Source of the DNA: Octopus vulgaris
Taxonomy: Eukaryota
DNA: 64,000 nt
Direction of reading: 5' to 3'
NCBI GenBank assembly: GCA_951406725.2
Contig: OX597832.1
Location: 58,156,001-58,220,000 of the forward strand
The notes beneath the pieces were generated by a model, which was not told where the DNA came from, ran no database searches, and saw only the letters and a program-made list of their open reading frames with translations. Made by a program: the position numbers and the translations under genes. Shown here piece by piece: positions 1 through 13,762 of the stretch. Every line of letters starts with the position of its first letter. The stretch's first letter is position 1.

Positions 1-195
1 TGCCGAACTACAAGCGTTGTTGGGGGGGGGGGGGCGGACAAACACAGGCACACAAACATATACAAGCATACATACAAGGCTTTGGTCTGCTCGAGGCTAT
101 AGGAGAAGACACTTTCCTAAGGTGTCACGCAGAGGGATAGAACGTGGAACTGTGTGGTTGGTAAACAAGCTACTTACCACACAGCCACTCCTGCG

Positions 196-198
<3 letters not shown>
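1..198 (-). mobile_element. tRNA-derived CORE-type SINE (family B), partial
   Basis: Reverse complement of the head aggcgcaggagtggctgtgtggtaagtagcttg seen in full copies (4603-5014, 15043-15423); cut by the window edge. Confidence 0.8.
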
Positions 199-246
<48 letters not shown>

Positions 247-265
247 AATTAATAAATAAAACATA

Positions 266-303
<38 letters not shown>

Positions 304-484
304 TCAGCTCGCTTAGCCAGCGAGGTGGCATCATTTGAAGGCTAAAACAATGCGAAGTGCATTGTAACCAGCGATCTGTAGCAACATCTGATAGCCTGGT
401 CGGTCATGGTGATCATAGTGGTGATATATATATATATGTGTTTATATGTATGTATGTGTATATACATATATATATGTATATATA

Positions 485-554
<70 letters not shown>

Positions 555-601
555 TATATACACATATCTATACATATGTGTGCCTATATATATATATATG
601 T
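199..601. repeat. (TA)n microsatellites with an embedded family C SINE 3' fragment (301-424)
   Basis: Visible TA runs; 301-424 matches the tail at 5860-5980 (gctcgcttagccagcg...ggtcatggtgat). Confidence 0.8.
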
Positions 602-1106
602 AGTAATGTCAATGCTGTACGTAGAAGGATGCAAACCTTATGAAAGCAATGGCCTAGACGAATCGAAATAATCGTAATAACATCTTAATCGTTCTCTAAA
701 ATAACCAGATACACGCAATAACATAACCAAAATAACATGTTAATAAATAGAACTATGTGAATATTATACTGTTATACCAGTCGCCATATATACACAAGGT
801 GCATAGAAGCGTTATGCCAGCCACTATGGACGACTAAAAGCTAAATAGTTGCGTCTTAATTGTTCTGTAAGGTTGTTTCGTTGGCAGCCATGTTTTATTT
901 TGTATTTTATATTTTCTGATTTCGCCCACCGCTCGCTCACCACACCCATTTTCTTGGTTCACTTGAATAAACAGTGCTGGGTGGTAATTTTAGTAATGGC
1001 CAAGAAGACCATTAGAATTAATGTGTCCAATTTATATTCCCTTCCGTTCGTCGAGCAGGTTTTATGATTTTTCTTTTGGATGTTTTAAAAGTTTTCTTAA
1101 GTGTCC

Positions 1107-1137
1107 GTTATTATTATTATCATTAGTAGTAGTGGTG

Positions 1138-1191
<54 letters not shown>

Positions 1192-1309
1192 TTATTATTA
1201 CTGGGGTTTTTTCCACTTTCAATTTTGATATATTCCACTTGTTATGTTTTTATTTTTGCCATACAACACACACACACACACACACAGACACACATACAAA
1301 GATATATAC

Positions 1310-1364
<55 letters not shown>

Positions 1365-1459
1365 CATACATATTTTCATACACATATTTACATTTACACA
1401 TACAGATATATATATTCATTTATACATGTATGCACACACACACACACACATATATATAT

Positions 1460-1511
<52 letters not shown>

Positions 1512-2023
1512 GCATACATAAATGTGTTTGTGTGTGTGTAGGTTACAACTATTTTTTTTATATTTGTCAATTTTATCCGCCTCTTTATCTAAACAGCCAA
1601 TTTAGGTTCCTTCGAGTAAGTAACCGCTGAAATGCCCCGACTGTCAGAATCTCAAAAATTTATTGCCGCAAACAATAAACTAAGCCAACAGTAGATCCGG
1701 TAAATTGTCGAGAAAAAGCTATTCTAACCGAACCATTACTGAATCTCTTTCTTTATATTTCTTCACAGACAAAAGCATACACAAGCGCACGTGTACATGC
1801 AGAAGCACATGCACTGATACATAAGAACATTAGCGTGTGTGTGAGTGTGTGTGTGTGTGTGTGTATGTGTGTACATGTGTGTGTGTGTGTGTACATGTGT
1901 GCGTGTGTGCTTATAGATAGATAGAAAGATATATAGGGAGACTGGATGGATGGACGGACAGATAGACGAACAGACAACTACAGCGGTAGATGGGTAGATA
2001 GATAGATGGACAGACAGACAGAC

Positions 2024-2060
<37 letters not shown>

Positions 2061-2193
2061 TATAGATAGATAGATAGATAGATAGATAGAAAGGTAAGTA
2101 GGTAGATAGTTGGATAGACATACGCATATATGTTTTGGTCTATGGATTTGTATGTATTTATATAAATATATATATATATATATATGTATATAA

Positions 2194-2258
<65 letters not shown>

Positions 2259-2400
2259 CGTATGTATATCTATATCTATATATCTATCTATCTATCTCTC
2301 TATCTCTCTCTCTCTATATATATATACATACATACACACAAACACAGACACAGACACACACAGACACACACAGACACACACACACAGACACACACACAAA
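1107..2400. repeat. Compound microsatellite field (TAG, CA, TA, TG, GATA)
   Basis: Directly visible tandem 2-4 nt repeats, with a unique spacer at about 1540-1780. Confidence 0.85.
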
Positions 2401-2766
2401 GACACAATCCTGTGTATTAAGTTTTTATCCATTCAATTAGCTTGTGTTGCCGTTAAAATATAATGGTAAACAAAAGCAAATGGAAAAAAAAACAAGAGAA
2501 AAATAAAAAGCAAAAAAAAAGGGAAGTAAAAAAAAAAAGGAAAATACTTTCTCTAATAACGTTCTTTACGTACGTAACGCGAAAAGTCTCTTAACAGCGG
2601 CTTTCTAAATGCTAAAAGCCTGATACTACAGACCTCTCGTATATGATGTCATAATAACAAAATTAGAAAATATCACTTGAAAATAAAACATTGTGGTTTA
2701 TATATATATTGCTGAGATCTAGAGAGAGAATGCGGAGGAGAGAAGGAGAAGTGAATGAGCGAGAGA

Positions 2767-2836
<70 letters not shown>

Positions 2837-4237
2837 GGCTATGTGCCCGGCTTTTAGATATTCCATTAAAATAGAACAGAACTATCAGGGAAAAAAATGG
2901 ATGATCAAAACAAAAGAGAGAGAAAAAAAAGCTAAGCTTCCGTGACCGTAGTTACGCATCATAAATAACGTTTGCGCCGCATTAATATGCTTTTCTGATG
3001 TAGAGTTTTGGTGGGAATATGGCGATTTCTATACAAGTAAAGATTAATAAATAACAAGCTGTGTCACTTTTAATATAGTTGGTAATCATTGTTTAGTAAT
3101 TCTTGATAAATGATTAATGGTAAGATGTGGGCAGAATTTTTTGGTGGGTATTTATATTTTCTTCGTTATGTTATTTAATTTTCTTTCATTTTTTTAAAGG
3201 TTTTTTGTTTTCTTTTGGTAGGTGGGACATTAATTTAAAGAAACCATTATATTGTGTTACCAGAAACATAATAACTGCGATATTTTAGCAAAATATTAAT
3301 GTCTGCATACATGTTTAAGTAGCGAGAAGATACAGGGTGCAAACATGAGATACCTCGTCCTCCCTAAGTCCCTCCATCACACGCAAACACCACGGAACAA
3401 ACACAAAAATGATAATAAAGATGGTTGCTACAAGCGCAAGGCTACAAATTATAATCTCATCTTGTAATATGGGGGTTTGTATGCACACATAATTTAACTC
3501 AGTGCAGGACTTGACTACCTCATATTTTGTTTTATTGACCCAGGAAGAAGGTATTGTAAGATCGGACTCGATTGAATTTGAATTCATAACGTGAAGAGGC
3601 GTAATTAAATGCATAATGAGAGATGTAATTAAATATCACGAGTTAACAAATTTCATACCAACTGACTTTAACGTGTACAGGGAGAGCTACGTAGAGATCA
3701 AACTAAAGTATTTTGTCCCCCACTCTCGCAATTAACTAAGTCTAGGATACAGCTTCGAGTTTTACCGTGCTTCTTCTACACGTGAGACCTCGTAGATTTG
3801 TAGATTGATCCATCATGTTTTTCTTGTGTCATTGCATTTCGGAAAAAAAGATTAGAAGAACCAACGGAAATTGAGAATCAATGCGGTAAGCAGAAAATGG
3901 CTCTTCATACATGTGGCACCGACATGTGAAAAGATACTATTACCAGGTGTATAGCACATGTAAGATGGAAGGGTCAGAACTGCATTCAGAATAATTGGAC
4001 GGGTGTAGGGACGACAAAAGGTTATGTGTTGGATTCAGTTGAGGTGAAGAAAAACTTGAATATTTCTTCATAGTAAAAATACAACTCTGTTCTGGGAATA
4101 ACATTAAACTGCATCTGATTGTGTGGACCTAGTTCGGGAGTTCTGGAGGTGTGGAGAGCGTGGAATCAACCCTTAATTACCTTTACCCGCAGATCCGTTC
4201 TGAACCGGAACTGTAGTGCTTGTGAAGTCATATCTGT

Positions 4238-4440
4238 AGGCGAGCTGGCAGACTCGTTAGCACGCCGGGCAAAATGCGTAGCCGTATTTCGTCTGCCGTT
4301 ACGTTCTGAGTTCAAATTCTGCCGAGGTCGACTTTGTCTTTCATCCTTTCGGGGTCGATAAATTAAGTACCAGTTACGCCCTGGAGTCATAATCCGTTTG
4401 TCCCCTCTGTGTTTAGTCTCTTGTGGGCAGTAGTGAAATA
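4238..4440 (+). mobile_element. tRNA-derived SINE (family A, Meta/MESC-like central domain) with TSD
   Basis: Head ggcgagctggcaga..gttagc, B-box-like gagttcaaatt, central ctttcatcctttcggggtcgataaattaagtaccag; direct repeat catatctgtaggc at 4229 and 4441. Confidence 0.85.
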
Positions 4441-4602
4441 CATATCTGTAGGCTACATAGGATTTTTTGTAAGGGTAGATTCGGCGCCTTAGCTGCCGCG
4501 AAAGCAATCAATCGAGGAGAAGAAAAACCTTCCAAATCAACATCTGCCTTCAACCTGCCCTAAGCCAGTACAGGAGAGTATGGCAGATGAAACTAACATG
4601 AT

Positions 4603-5014
4603 ACTCTTTACTCTTTACTCTTTTACTTGTTTCAGTCATTTGACTGCGGCCATGCTGGAGCACCGCCTTTAGTCGAGCAAATCGACCCCGGGACTTATTC
4701 TTTGTAAGCCCAGTAAGCTCTTTTTGCTGAACCGCTAAGTGACGGGGACGTAAACACACCAGCATAGGTTGTCAAGCAATGCTAGAGGGACAAACACAGA
4801 TACACAAACACATATACACACACATATATATATATATATATACATATATACGACAGGCTTCTTTCAGTTTCCGTCTACCAAATCCACTCACAAGGCATTG
4901 GTCGGCCCGGGGCTACAGCAGAAGACACTTGCCCAAGATGCCATGCAGTGGGACTGAACCCGGAACCATGTGGTTGGTAAGCAAGCTACTTACCACACAG
5001 CCACTCCTGCGCCT
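4603..5014 (-). mobile_element. CORE-type SINE family B, full length
   Basis: Minus strand: tRNA-like head, CORE-like cttgggcaagtgtctt, internal (TA/TG) microsatellite, tail ending (gtaaaaga)n. Confidence 0.85.
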
Positions 5015-5405
5015 ATATATGTCCAATCCTGATATATATCCAATAACATAGAATCATACCATGGATGCAACTATCGCTTGTTGGTGTGCACCATGCCGTA
5101 GGCGGAAATAGACGGAAATGAACGAGGAATGCTACCCTGAGTAAGAAAGGACAAAATTATAGCAGACAGCTGAAGGTGGTCACAGGATAGTATGAGATGC
5201 GCTGATGCGATGAGGAAAAGTAAAGATAATGACATATCTCTTAATTGCTTCAATCATGAGACTGTGGCCAAGCTGGATCATGGCCTGGAAGAATTTGTAG
5301 TCGAAGGAATCGATCTCAATACTTATTCTATTGTTCTCTTTTGTCGAACTGCTAGGTTACAGTGACATAAACACATCAATTGTGAAACGTATATATATAT
5401 CTTTG

Positions 5406-5658
5406 GAGGCGAGCTGGCAGAAACGTTTGGAGGCGAGCTGGCAGAAACGTTAGCACTCTGGGCGAAATGCGTAGCCGTATTTCGTCTGCCGTTACGTTCT
5501 GAGTTCAAATTCCGCCGAGGTCGACTTTGCCTTTCATCCTTTCGGGGTCGATAAATAAAGTACCAGTTATGCACTGGGGTCGATGTAATCAACTTAATCC
5601 ATTCGTTTGTCCTTGTTCGTCCCCTCTGTGTTTAGCCCCTTGTGGGTAGTAAAGAAAT
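5406..5658 (+). mobile_element. SINE family A with a tandemly duplicated 23-nt head
   Basis: Matches 4238-4440; the duplicated flank atatatctttggaggcg places it at the head of the following family C SINE. Confidence 0.85.
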
Positions 5659-5670
5659 TTATATATCTTT

Positions 5671-5980
5671 GGAGGCGCAATGGCCCAGTGGTTAGGCAGC
5701 AGACTCGCGGTTGTACGATGGCGGTTTCGATTCCCAGACCGGGCGATGTGAGTGTTTATTGAGCGAAAACATCTAAAGCTCTACGATGCTCAGGCAGGGG
5801 GCGGTGGCGATCCCTGCTGTACTCTTTCGCCGCAACTTTCTCTCACGCTTTCTTCTGTTGGCCTGCTCGCTTAGCCAGCGGGGTGGTGTCATTTGAAGGT
5901 TAAAACATTGCGAAGCGCATTGTCACCAGCGATGTACAGCAACAATTGATAGCCTCGTCGGTCACTGTGATCATGGTGAT
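5671..5980 (+). mobile_element. tRNA-derived SINE family C
   Basis: A-box tggcccagtgg and B-box ggtttcgattcc; body shared with 18451-18810. Confidence 0.8.
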
Positions 5981-6000
5981 ATATATATATATATACATAC

Positions 6001-6153
6001 GATGGCCTTCTTTCAGTTTCCATCTACAAAAAATCATTTGGTCGGCCTGCAGCTAATGTAGAAGACACTTGCCCAAGGTGCCATGCAGTGGGACTGAAAC
6101 CAGAACCATGTTGTTGAGAAGCAAACAGCTAATTACACAGTCACCCCTGGGCA
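6001..6153 (-). mobile_element. SINE family B, 5' half
   Basis: gaagacacttgcccaaggtgccatgcagtgggactgaa matches other family B copies. Confidence 0.75.
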
Positions 6154-6293
6154 TATCATATTTGTGTGTGCGTGTGTGAGCAAACATACCTACACACAGG
6201 TATAAACATACTTCTACACACAAATATAAACACACACACACAAACGTGTACATGGGTGTATCTATGTTCGTGTGTGTATGTGCATGTGCGCGT

Positions 6294-6331
<38 letters not shown>

Positions 6332-7055
6332 ATGTCTCTTGATGTAAATTTGCTCATAAATATTTCAGACTCAATTCTGAAGGTTAAAATTATCTGCCCT
6401 TGCTAACGAGATACAAAACTTTAAACGAGTCAAGTTTCGACCGTCACGAACTCAACCAGACACTGGCGTATCTCTCTGCATACGTCTCTCTATATGAGTA
6501 ACCGTGTGCTCACGTGTGTGTGTGTGTGTGTGTTCTGTGTTCTGTGTTTATATACGTGCGTGTGTGTGGCGACTGTAAACAAATGTCCGTCGTTGTAACT
6601 TCCCTCGTAAATCCTGTAGATTTGAATATTTATAGAACTGGAGACATTAAAGGTTGAAAATATGAATTTTAAAAGTACATATTCGTACACAAACACACTC
6701 ACACACACACACACAGTAACACGAACACTCACACATATGTGAGTGTGTATGGACATGTAGGTGCGTTCGCATATATTTATGCGTATGTAAACGTATATAC
6801 ACACACACACACATAAGCATTTATATATATATATGTGTGCGTGTGTATTTATATATGTATGTGTATAGATATATAAATGTACATGATGCATACTTAGCTA
6901 CACATGCGCATTAGCACAAGCACACATGCGCATATAACCGAAGGTGGAAGTGATATACGATGATACATACACACACATGTATGTATGTAGTATGTATCAC
7001 CATATATTACTTCCACCTTCGGTCATATGCGCATGTGTGCATGTGCTTATGCGCA

Positions 7056-7087
<32 letters not shown>

Positions 7088-7152
7088 ATACATACATATA
7101 TATATATATACATACATATATATATATATATACATATATTATATATATATAT

Positions 7153-7235
<83 letters not shown>

Positions 7236-7646
7236 AAAATAAGCAACAAAAATGATTCCGGTAATTTAGTACAATTGTTTCATACTACAACATTTTATTA
7301 AAAGCTGTAAATATTACAGCAGATTTAAGATGCTGAGTACTCCTCAGCTAATTTATATAGGTTTTCCAATTATATAAAAGCTTTCAAATCAAGTAATAAC
7401 ATTTCAGGGAAGGTAAATATACAGATAAAGATGTAGATATACATTTTAGGAACATATGAGGTTGTGTAGTTCAGATGCTAACTGACCAAAACTCTGCTTG
7501 TAACTGACTGCTATAAGAAATTTCTTTAGTTTTAGGGATTAGGGTAAGGGAAGGCAAGGAATTCAAGTTAGTTGTAGAAAGAGGAGGAATTCAGAATACA
7601 TAAAGGAAATTCAGGTTGTCACTAGAACTTTCCCTGTCTCAAAAAT

Positions 7647-8063
7647 TTGTCCTACGAAGAAAGGCTGAGGACGCTCGACCTTTATTCTCTTGAAAAACGC
7701 CGCCGCCGTGGTGATCTCATTCTCGCCCACAACATCATAAGCGGAAAGTGTAACCTCTCGAAAGAGCTGTTCTTCACTCCTGCTCCAGAGCGTCGGCTGC
7801 GGGGTCATTCCGAAAAGCTCTACCTGCGACGATTTCATCTCAATCGAAGGAGAGGAGCTTTCTCCGTCCGGGTTGCGGATCCGTGGAACAAGCTGCCAGA
7901 CGAGATGGTGAAGATGCCGACGGCCGCTTTGTTCAAAGCCTCCCTTGACCTCAAGTGGCCTGAACTATTTACATGAACACCACCCTGTACTTAACTCCAT
8001 GTCCCCCTACATGGCCTTGCTATTTGCTTTTGAGCCAAATTAACTAACTAACTAACTAACTAA
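7647..8063 (+). mobile_element. CR1-clade LINE, 5'-truncated 3' end (ORF2 C-terminus, 3' UTR, (TAAC)n tail)
   Basis: YEERL..LDLYSLEKRRRRGDLI...RGHSEKL...FSVRVADPWNKLP is the typical CR1 C-terminal domain; stop at 7976; tetranucleotide tail at 8040-8063. Confidence 0.9.
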
Positions 8064-8707
8064 TCTAATTTTAAAATTTAATGCTATTCCCCCAGTTATA
8101 AAATACGATACCTACTAAAAATTAAGTGATAGTTTTGTTTCCCTTACTCTTTATATATATACTCGTGGCAATTCATCGGTCAATGGAACAGCCTGCTCGT
8201 GAAATTAACTTGCAAGTGGCTGTGTGCACTCGTACCTTTAACGCGTACCCTTAAGGTGGACGTTCTACTCCTCCTTAGGAAAAGTCGTTGCATGGGGTTA
8301 CCATGCGTTTTTGGGCGTGATTTTAATTGATATTGGCCGTATGTAATGAAAACGCATAGGGTAATTAGCATGAGGCATGTATGGTTGGATCTCGATATAG
8401 TGGTGGTGGTGTTGACAGTAATAGTTGAGGCGGTGTACTGAAGTGGAGAAGGGGATGGTGTGGAGAGGTTCCAGTGCAGTGTGGTCCGGAATGTGATGGA
8501 CTGGTATTGCGTTTGTCTGCCCTTGTAATATGCGAAGATAGCGTTTTGTGTAGTAGATGGCGCTGCTTTATGCCATGAAGCAACGCCACTGTATAATGGA
8601 AAAGGGAAGCATGGAAGGAAAAGCAGGAAGTAAAAAATTAAAGAATGGGGGAAAGAAGGGAATAAAAGGCAAGCAAAACGAGCTCGACAAAATAAGAAGC
8701 AGTAAAA

Positions 8708-8929
8708 GATTATTATTATTATTATTATTATTATTATCATTGTTGTTGTTATTATTATTATTATTATTATTATCATTGTTGTTGTTGTTATTATTATTAT
8801 TATTATTGTTGTTGTTGTTATTATTATTATTATTATTATCATTGTTGTTGTTATTATTATTATTATTATTATTATCATTGTTGTTGTTGTTATTATTATT
8901 ATTATTATTATGGTTATTATTATTATCAA

Positions 8930-8960
<31 letters not shown>

Positions 8961-9036
8961 GTTATTATTATTATTATTATTGTTATTGTTGTTGTTGTTG
9001 TTGTTATTATTATTATTATTGTTATTATTATTATTG

Positions 9037-9082
<46 letters not shown>

Positions 9083-9168
9083 AATTATTATTATTGTTGT
9101 TGTTGTTGTTGTTCTTCTTCTTCTTCTTCTTCTTCTTATTGTTATTATTATTATCATTATTATTATTA
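8708..9168. repeat. (TTA/TTG/TTC)n compound triplet array
   Basis: Directly visible; the first ~200 nt are organised as ~36-nt higher-order units. Confidence 0.95.
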
Positions 9169-9169
9169 A

Positions 9170-9565
9170 GCTGCAAGAATCGCTAGCACGCCGGGCGAAA
9201 TGTTTAGTACCAATTTCGTCTGTCTTAACGTTAATGTTCTGAGTTCAAATTCTTTCGGGGTCGATGAATTAAGTACCAGCGAAACACTGTGGTGGATATA
9301 ATTGCGATTCCCCTCCACCAAATTTCGGGCCTTGTGCCTATAGTAAAAATAGGCGGCGACCTGGCAGAAACGTTAGCACGCCGGACGAAATGCTTGGCGG
9401 TATTTCATCTGCCGTTACGTCTGAGTTCAAATTCCCCCGAGGCCGACTTTGCCTTTCATCTTTTCGGGGTCGATACATTAAGTGCCAGTTACGCACTGGG
9501 GTCAATATAATCGACTTAATACCTTCCCCAAAATTTGAGGCCTTGTGCTTCCAGTAGAAAGGTTT
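9170..9565 (+). mobile_element. Two tandem family A SINE copies (short-tail type)
   Basis: Heads at about 9170 and 9351; both have ggggtcgat..aagtaccag/aagtgccag and a ggccttgtgc tail. Confidence 0.75.
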
Positions 9566-9574
9566 ATCATCATC

Positions 9575-10203
9575 ATTATTATTCATATCTTTTTTTCCTT
9601 CTTTCTTCAAGTTTTCTTCCATTTCTCGCCGGGTGTTTTCCGTACACCTAGGGCAGAGAAGCTCATTGTATGCATTCCCAGATTACACACGCAAATTCAG
9701 AGGTAAAATATGTATTTAAAAAACTTATAAATAAATAAATTCATGAATGGATGTTATTTTCACAGCGATAATGCTCTGCTCAGTACGTGAGTCGTTCCAG
9801 TTAACATAATTTTTTGCACTTCCTGTAGGGATCGTAAGCCTGGTTTCATTTTCAAATAGGTTTCAGTACCTTTTTTATCATTCCTAGAGATCCTACAATC
9901 ACTGGCACTGTAGTTGCCTTGAGATGCCACATTTTTTCAATCTCTATTAGTAAGTCTTTATATTTCCTCATCTTGTAAAATTCTTTCGCCGCTATATTGT
10001 GATCACAGGGAATACTCATGTCAATTAATAAACACACCTTTTTCGTCTGATCTTTTATAATACTATCCGGTTTATTTGCTTTTATAGTTTTGTCGGTATG
10101 TATGGGGAAGTCCCATGGAATCGACACATTTTCTCCCTGGGTCACAGCTTCAGGATGGTGTTTATACCATTTGTCAGTGGTTTTGATTTTATGATGCCGA
10201 CAT
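9575..10203 (-). mobile_element. R4/Dong-clade LINE 3' fragment (restriction-like endonuclease domain)
   Basis: KWYKHHP...WDFPIHTDKTIKANKPD...LIDMSIP...KYKDL..EI.KMW...VPVIVGSLG; ends RALSL*; 5' end abuts (TAA)n. Confidence 0.85.
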
Positions 10204-10219
10204 ATTATCATTATTATCA

Positions 10220-10287
<68 letters not shown>

Positions 10288-10671
10288 AGTAGTAGTTGTA
10301 GTAGTAATAGTAGAAGTAGTAGTAGTAATAGTAGGAGTGGTGGTAGTAGCGGTGGTGGTTGTAGTTATTGTAATGGTAGTAGTAGTAGTGGTTGATATTG
10401 TAGAGGAAGTAGCACCAGAGTGGTGGCGGGGATGTGGCGTAGAAATCACTGCAAAGCATTATGGGAATTTTGTAGCAGTAGTAGTAGTTGTTGTTGTTGC
10501 TGTTGTGGCAGTTCTAGTATTAGTAGTGATAGGGGGCAGCTACTGCTTAGGATTCTGGGAATTTGTAGTAGTAGTAGTAGTAGTAGTAGTAATGATAGTA
10601 GTAATGATAGTAGTAGTAGTAGTAGTAGTAGTAATGATAGTAGTAGTAGTAGTAGTAGTAGTAATGATAGC

Positions 10672-10720
<49 letters not shown>
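10204..10720. repeat. (TTA)n and (TAG)n triplet arrays
   Basis: Directly visible. Confidence 0.9.
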
Positions 10721-10888
10721 AGGAGAAGACGGTGGTTTTGATGGTGTGGCGAGGAAATTGCTGCTTTGGATTTTGTGAATTTCTAAGGTATCAGGCGGAT
10801 CTTGAAGTGGAGTTGGAAACGGAGCAGGTTTGGGATTGCCATGGCTGGGGTGGAGGAAACGATAGAAGTTTGCGAAGGGGAAAGAACA

Positions 10889-10920
<32 letters not shown>

Positions 10921-11084
10921 ACACACACACACACGAAACCGACCTTTGGAAGGAGCAGGAAGGAATTTGTAAAATAAAGAGGCTTTTTGATTATTTGAAG
11001 TGGACGATTACTATTTGAAGTGGAAGTCATACAACCCGCCCCACCTCATACACACATACAAAGAACATACATACATATATAAAC

Positions 11085-11121
<37 letters not shown>

Positions 11122-11334
11122 TATATATATATACATATATATGCATATATATACATACATATATATATATGTATATGTATATATATATGTATGTATGTAT
11201 ATATATATATATATATATACACGTACAAAACGCACCTCCAAACATACTTTTCTCTCGCACGCTTATACAATTCATATATGTTTGTGTGTCTATAACACAC
11301 ACACACACATTCATACACACAAACACACACATAC

Positions 11335-11383
<49 letters not shown>

Positions 11384-11703
11384 GACATACACACACACAC
11401 ATATATGTATATGATGGCGCATGCCCCTGTGGTTAGGGTGCTGCCCTCGACGGTCGCACCGTGGCTTCACTACCTAGACTGGATGGTGCGTTGATTTCTT
11501 GAGCAAGACACTTCATCTCATACTGCTATGCATCATTTCGACGCCTGATGCGTGGTGCACCGTGAACCCGTAGAGACAACGTCAATTTCATGGAGGGAGT
11601 GCACTAATGAAACAGCACATACATTTAAATATTATCAACAAATTTTTTGTGCATGTCGTTCGACAAGAAATTGCGGAACATCCTGCGCAAATAATAATGC
11701 ATA

Positions 11704-12285
11704 TTGGGTCATCCCATAAATAATGCAGTTTTTTAATACTTCTTTTATTGTTCAAAATTAAGATAAGGAATGTTCTTTCTTAATTTAATCGTTATAGAAT
11801 TTTCCATAATATTTATATATACTTATGAATGTAGGTACAGAATGCTAATATCTCTGTCCTCCTCTCTCAATGCTCTTCCATCTATATGGTAGACTTTCAT
11901 GGCCCCTCTTCCAAAATTCACTTGTACGTGACGAAAAACACTCCTTCAGTACTATTCTGACCTCGTCTACAGAATTCATATTTTTTCTGTCCAAATGATT
12001 TTGAAGACTGCAGAATAAATGATTATCAGATGGGACAATGTCCGGCGAATATGATGGGTGGGGCATCGTTTCCCATTCAAACTGCTCCAACCTTTAGAAT
12101 GTCGTACTCGCTGTATGTGGCCGAGCATTACCCTGATGGAAGAACGCTTTTCATCTTGAAACCCAAGATAGTTTTTCTTCTAGCACTGACTTAAGCCGCT
12201 CAAGCTACTCGCAGGTGATCTTTGTTATCATCTGGTTTGGGTTTAAATATTCAAAGTGAACTAAACCTTTCATATCCCATCAAAA
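11704..12285 (-). mobile_element. Mariner transposon 3' fragment (degenerate transposase C-terminus plus one TIR)
   Basis: PHPSYSPDIVPSDNHLF is a variant of the mariner YSPDLAPSD motif; TA plus ttgggtcatcccataaataatgc terminus at 11702. Confidence 0.85.
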
Positions 12286-12294
12286 TTTACATCT

Positions 12295-12800
12295 AGTTTT
12301 TCAAAAACTAGAGTCGAATTTTGGACACTTGTGAGCCCACGTCATCCCACATTTATCTCTACCGCCGCTCCGATCATCCACATCATATAATTCAGTCAAA
12401 CCTGAAATCCCAATTTTTTTTAGGATAAAACGGGATTTCTACTGATATAGGGGATTACTGGAAACATGCAAATGCTTTTGCACATTATGTCAAACGCAGT
12501 TACCATGAATCACGATTAAAAGAAATTGCAAATGATATAACTAAGTTTAGCAAAGCAACTCAAACCTTCACGAATAATTCTAGCAAACACAGTACAATGT
12601 GTGACAGAATTCCATTAGTGATTAACTGGCCCCGAAATTTCGTTGACATTTCAAAAGTGTTGCATGAAAGTTACCAGCGTGTTGCGGAAAAATATCCGTG
12701 TTTCAAAAAAATATTTCCTCAGCCGCCTATTGTAAACTTTAGACAGAATAAAAATATAAGAGAACTATCAACCTCCAAGAAAATATAATATTGGAGTATT
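12295..12800 (+). mobile_element. Penelope-like element ORF remnant (RT thumb and linker)
   Basis: Manual translation EPTSSHIYLYRRSDHPHHI..SQFF/RIKR(fs)... followed by RIPLV...IFPQPPIVNFRQNKNIRE matches the KPT..YL...S.HP...SQF.R and PP...R...N motifs of PLE RTs; frameshifted. Confidence 0.8.
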
Positions 12801-12976
12801 TGTACGCTGTACCTTGAAAAATACCCGACAAAATCACTTAGCAAAGACAAGCTTGCTCTCGAAATATCGTTCAACCAATAAAATATTTATTGCAAACGCA
12901 TCGCGCTCATCGTATTGCCTCATAATAATAGTAATAAAAAATAATGATAATGATAATAGCAATAATAATAATAATG

Positions 12977-13032
<56 letters not shown>

Positions 13033-13034
<2 letters not shown>

Positions 13035-13166
13035 CAAGTTTAGTACAGCTCCAGAAAACAGTGTTATTAGGGACGGCTAGGATACTCAAGAGGGTTCTTG
13101 GCATCTAAGGCTACTTGTAACCCGACGTTAAAATTTTTATTTTCCAACAGCCTAATCTGTTCTGAC

Positions 13167-13168
<2 letters not shown>
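13033..13168 (+). mobile_element. R4/Dong-type LINE extreme 3' end
   Basis: PSLVQLQKTVLLGTARILKRVLGI*; closely similar to 50262-50335; (AAT)n on both sides. Confidence 0.75.
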
Positions 13169-13227
<59 letters not shown>

Positions 13228-13692
13228 GCCTCATTGATATGACTGTCCCAATCAATATAAACGTATCTGTCAAGACCTACCAGAAACTGAGCAAGTATAA
13301 AGATCTTGAAATAGAAATCAGAAAAATGTGGAATCTGAAGACTAAAACAATACCTGTTGTCATAGGTGCCCTGGGAATGATAGCAAAAGGGGCTGATTGC
13401 TACCTACCTCAGATACCAGGAAACCCCAAAATGGCAGAAATTCAAAAGATAGTGCTCATGGGCAAAGCTCATATGCTACGCAAAATACTCTCTATGTAAT
13501 CTCGAGTTTAAAAACAAACATAATTTTCGTATGGTTTTTTTAGACATTCACTTGTACAACACTAAGTACAAAACCAAATATATGGCACCCTAGGCATAAC
13601 ACCAACATGAACTTCCAACTTGTTGTCTCTTGAGGTCTCTGGGTGAGACTTGGAGCCAGCTTGTACAAATGTAAAGCAAAAGTCAAACATAG
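13228..13692 (+). mobile_element. R4/Dong-type LINE 3' end
   Basis: LIDMTVP...KLSKYKDLEIEIRKMW...IPVVIGALG...QKIVLMG.AH.LRK.LS*, then 3' UTR; (AAT)n on both sides. Confidence 0.85.
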
Positions 13693-13699
13693 AATAATG

Positions 13700-13761
<62 letters not shown>

Positions 13762-13762
<1 letters not shown>

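Noticed and set aside
3800-4200. Possible very old CR1/Jockey RT remnant
   Set aside because: Only faint motif resemblance; too degraded to support.
8040-8063. (TAAC)n as telomere-like repeat
   Set aside because: It is the tandem 3' tail of the CR1 fragment.
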